From a virus (Duplodnaviria; Caudoviricetes): DNA of 27,016 bases. The translations under genes were made by a program, and so were the position numbers. The number at the start of each line of letters is the position of its first letter. Position 1 is the first letter of the stretch. The notes under the pieces are model-generated. The model searched no databases. It was not told the DNA's origin and saw only the letters and a program-made list of their open reading frames with translations. The DNA is taken from positions 1 to 27,016 of IMG/VR virus record IMGVR_UViG_3300020045_005658. One strand, 5' to 3'. Positions 23,963 to 27,016 of the stretch are shown piece by piece.

Positions 23963-25019
23963 ATTGATGGATAAAATCCGTAAAACTAGTACGATTAAAA
24001 TCGCTGAAGTATTAGAGAATTCTACATTTTTTAATGATGTCGATGAAACAGCTACAGATATTCCAGCAATTAATATTGCTTTATCTGGATCGTTGACTGG
24101 TGGCCTTAAGTCTGGAATTTTGACCATTGCTGGCCCATCTCGGCACTTTAAATCTATGTATGGTTTGATTATGGCTGCGGCGTACATGAAAAAACATAAA
24201 GAATCTGTTCTATTGTTTTATGATTCAGAGTTCGGCTCACCCAAAGAATATTTTATGTCTGCTGGAATTGATCCTACCCGAGTGTTACATGTACCAGTCA
24301 AAGATCTAGAAGAATTGAAGTTTGATTTGGTGCAGCAGTTGACAGAATTAGATCGCGGTGATAAATTAGTTATTATGATCGATTCTATTGGTAACCTTGC
24401 TTCCAAAAAAGAAGCAGATGATGCAGAGGAAGGTAAATCTGTTGGCGATATGAGTCGTGCAAAATATCTTAAATCATTATACCGTATCATCACGCCGTAT
24501 CTTCGCATCAAGGATATTCCATTGATCCAAATTGCACATATTTACATGACCCAGGAGACTTATTCCAAAGCAGTAGTATCTGGCGGAACTGGTATCATGT
24601 TGGCATCAGATAATGTCTGGTTAATTGGTCGATCACAGGACAAAGATGGCACTGAACTAACAGGATATAACTTTACTATCCGAATCGAGAAAAGTCGATA
24701 CGTACGTGAAAAAACAGCTATCCCATTGACTGTAAAATTTGATGGCGGATTATCTAAGTATACAGGTTTATTAGATATTGCCGTAGAAGGTAAATGTGTC
24801 ATTAAACCTTCTAATGGTTGGTTCTCTCGTGTAGATGATAATGGTGAAATTGAGTCTAGAAAATGGCGACGGGCAGACACTGATACAGCAGAGTTTTGGA
24901 AACCAGTTTTGGAAACAAAAATGTTTAATCAATATATCTCTGATACTTATAAGGTATCAAACGGATCACTGTTGACCGATGACTTACCACCAACAATTAC
25001 TGATGATCTAGACGAATAA
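23955..25019 (+). CDS. uvsX: RecA-like recombinase UvsX
   Basis: GPSRHFKS Walker A, FYDSEFG, IDSIGNLASKKE, DMSRAK, SGGTG and KSRYVREK; ATG 23955. Confidence 0.96.
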   Translation: MSKLMDKIRKTSTIKIAEVLENSTFFNDVDETATDIPAINIALSGSLTGGLKSGILTIAGPSRHFKSMYGLIMAAAYMKKHKESVLLFYDSEFGSPKEYFMSAGIDPTRVLHVPVKDLEELKFDLVQQLTELDRGDKLVIMIDSIGNLASKKEADDAEEGKSVGDMSRAKYLKSLYRIITPYLRIKDIPLIQIAHIYMTQETYSKAVVSGGTGIMLASDNVWLIGRSQDKDGTELTGYNFTIRIEKSRYVREKTAIPLTVKFDGGLSKYTGLLDIAVEGKCVIKPSNGWFSRVDDNGEIESRKWRRADTDTAEFWKPVLETKMFNQYISDTYKVSNGSLLTDDLPPTITDDLDE

Positions 25020-25092
25020 ATTATTCTCTAACAGCGACGGTTCTGTGTTATAATAGATACAGAACCGTTTTCATTTATATAAGGATCTCTGG

Positions 25093-26484
25093 ATGATCGA
25101 AAATTTAATCTTTTCCCAACTACTAACTAACGAAGAATTTTCAAGAAAAGTGCTTCCACATCTGAAAGACGAGTATTTTTCTGGACAAAGTGAAAAGAAT
25201 TTTTTTAAGATTTATTCTAATTATTTTCATAAGCATAATCGTATCCCATCAAAAACGGCTATGTATCTAGAGGTTGAGAATCTAAAAGCCTCTGCAGATA
25301 TATACACTTCTATGAAGGAGATGGTTGGTCGAACTGTTGAATTTGAAGAGACATTGCCTTATCTGATAGAACAGACAGAAAAGTTCTGTCGTGAAAAATC
25401 AATCTTTAATGCTCTGAAGCAATCTATTCTTATTGTCGATGGTCAATCAAAGACTCAGACTGCAGAGGCGATTCCAGCTATCCTACAAGCTGCTCTAGCC
25501 GTATGTTTTGATACATCTGTAGGACACAATTACTTTGATGATTCTATCGCTAGGTACGATTACTATCATCAAGTAGAGGCACGTATTCCTACTGGCATGA
25601 AAGAGTTTGATAAAATCACTAAAGGTGGTTTTCCTCGTAAGACATTAAACCTTTTTCTAGCACCGCCACATGGTGGTAAATCTCTAGTAATGTCTAATGT
25701 AGGTGTAGGTGCGGTATTGGCTGGGTTCAATGTTCTTACTATCACTCTAGAGATGTCAGATATGGAATTCTCTAAACGATATGATGTTCAATTATTGGAT
25801 ATCGATTTCGATACATTATCTGTGTTGCCTAAAAATGTGTTTGAATCTAAGTTTGGTAAAATAGCTTCTCAGTCTCGCGGTAGGATGATCGTCAAAGAAT
25901 ATCCTACTGGTGCGGCACACGCTGGACATTTTAGGAGTCTGTTAGAAGAACTTCGGACAAAACAGGATTTCGTACCTGATCTCATCATCATTGATTATCT
26001 CGGTATTTGTGCATCTGAAAATTACAAAGCGTCTTCTGGTGCTAATTCGTATACCCTTATGAAATCTGTAGGTGAGGAACTTCGTGCTCTAGCTATCACT
26101 AGTAACTGTGCTATCGTTTCCGCGATCCAGACGAATAGGTCAGGAGTGGGCAATAGTTCACTTGGTATGGAAAATATTGCAGAATCACTTGGTTCTGCAA
26201 TGACAGCGGACTTTATTGCAGCAATTATTGTTACGGATGAATTGAAGGAGTTGAAACAAATGATGTTTGCTCAAATCAAAAATCGTTACTCTGGTATTAC
26301 AGATAATGCCAAGTTTCTTATGGGAATCGACTATGCAAAGATGAAATTATTTTCACTGGAGAATTCAACTATGCCCACATTCGAAAAGAAGAAATCTCGT
26401 ATCGAAACGAGTAACGATACTTTTGGTATAGATATGAATCACCAGATTAAAGTTGACAATTCATTTGCAGATTTTAGTTTTTAG
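25093..26484 (+). CDS. 41: Replicative helicase (T4 gp41)
   Basis: GGFPRKTL, APPHGGKS, ITLEM, VKEYPTG, IIIDYLGIC, EELRALA, QTNR and KNRY motifs. Confidence 0.96.
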   Translation: MIENLIFSQLLTNEEFSRKVLPHLKDEYFSGQSEKNFFKIYSNYFHKHNRIPSKTAMYLEVENLKASADIYTSMKEMVGRTVEFEETLPYLIEQTEKFCREKSIFNALKQSILIVDGQSKTQTAEAIPAILQAALAVCFDTSVGHNYFDDSIARYDYYHQVEARIPTGMKEFDKITKGGFPRKTLNLFLAPPHGGKSLVMSNVGVGAVLAGFNVLTITLEMSDMEFSKRYDVQLLDIDFDTLSVLPKNVFESKFGKIASQSRGRMIVKEYPTGAAHAGHFRSLLEELRTKQDFVPDLIIIDYLGICASENYKASSGANSYTLMKSVGEELRALAITSNCAIVSAIQTNRSGVGNSSLGMENIAESLGSAMTADFIAAIIVTDELKELKQMMFAQIKNRYSGITDNAKFLMGIDYAKMKLFSLENSTMPTFEKKKSRIETSNDTFGIDMNHQIKVDNSFADFSF

Positions 26485-26501
26485 GATATTAAATAGTATC
26501 T

Positions 26502-26903
26502 ATGAAAATTGCATTTTATATCGCCAAATATGGAACATTTACCGATAAAGTAATTGCTTTCTTTACTCGATCAAAATATTCTCACTGTGAATTAATATTC
26601 TCGGATGGTATGTTTGCATCATCTTCTCCACGAGATGGCGGCATTCGTCTAAAAAATATTTCACCAGATGAACATTGGGATATTATTGATTTGCCCAACA
26701 TATATGATGAGTCTACTATTCGATACTGGTTCATGACTAACGATGGTGACTCCTATGATTGGCTGGGTGCTGTCGGGTCTGTACTATCAATAGATCTTAC
26801 ATCCGAGAACAAAAAGTTCTGTTCGTATTCCTGTGCTATCGTCTTAGGACTAGACCCTATCGTCACTCCAGGTGGTCTATTTAGAAAACTTACCGCGAAA
26901 TAA
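26502..26903 (+). CDS. Permuted papain-like (YiiX/YebB-type NlpC/P60) cysteine hydrolase
   Basis: YSHCEL (His first), YDWLG and KFCS (Cys late) in permuted order. Confidence 0.75.
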   Translation: MKIAFYIAKYGTFTDKVIAFFTRSKYSHCELIFSDGMFASSSPRDGGIRLKNISPDEHWDIIDLPNIYDESTIRYWFMTNDGDSYDWLGAVGSVLSIDLTSENKKFCSYSCAIVLGLDPIVTPGGLFRKLTAK

Positions 26904-27016
26904 TGATGTCTAATTTAAATTCATTTGCAGAGTTAATGAAACAAGCAGCAGAAGATAAACGTCCTCGAAAAGCTGCAAAACGTGCACGCAAAGCAACTCA
27001 AGTAACACCCACGCTC
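26903..27016 (+). CDS. Hypothetical protein, 3'-truncated by window edge
   Basis: TAATG overlap; frame MMSNLNSFAELMKQAAEDKR... is open to the end. Confidence 0.6.
   Translation, partial: MMSNLNSFAELMKQAAEDKRPRKAAKRARKATQVTPTL

Larger units (their letters stand above)
2620..25054 (+). promoter_or_regulatory. Recurrent extended -10 promoter TGnTATAAT (16 copies counted)
   Basis: Starts at 2620, 3072, 4250, 4798, 6335, 9321, 10030, 12156, 12977, 15709, 16644, 17037, 18777, 18960, 22984 and 25046, all in or next to intergenic gaps on the + strand. Confidence 0.8.

Noticed and set aside
644-24880. Short shadow ORFs (e.g. 644-832, 4373-4603, 4488-4685, 6071-6268, 7647-7886, 8036-8221, 8321-8596, 9278-9520, 9656-9952, 14136-14449, 16839-17048, 21708-21989, 23906-24880)
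   Set aside because: They are antisense or off-frame to well-supported genes and have no motifs.
19568-26484. Inteins or introns in 43, uvsX or 41
   Set aside because: Lengths are typical and motifs are contiguous; no intein splice or LAGLIDADG motifs were seen.
1-27016. Stop-codon reassignment
   Set aside because: Core genes are full length in the standard code and end at TAG (43, 41), TGA (44, regA) and TAA at the expected positions.

Overview
AT-rich segment of a T4-like (Tevenvirinae-related) dsDNA phage genome. It carries phoH (partial), a T5 A1-like metallophosphoesterase, ClpP-like protease, DinG-type helicase, a DEDDh exonuclease and the T4 replication genes 45, 44, 62, regA, dsbA, 43, uvsX and 41. 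The normally contiguous 45-44-62-regA-43 module is broken by RNA-rich islands. These hold 7 intact tRNAs (Arg-UCU, Ile-UAU, Tyr, Asn, Pro, Trp, Thr), a tRNA interrupted by a 34-nt hairpin in its anticodon, two tRNA half-genes and many non-coding modules closed by long inverted repeats. The modules include a ~1.2 kb back-to-back array (10651-11853) whose units share CATAT-N-RAA termini and carry tRNA parts (T-loops, D-like arms, CCA ends). Two minus-strand nuclease genes, each inserted just 3' of a tRNA gene, share an N-terminal Zn-finger and a conserved three-way-junction leader but have different nuclease domains. All pairings were read by eye and protein calls rest on motif recognition; no database search or folding program was run.
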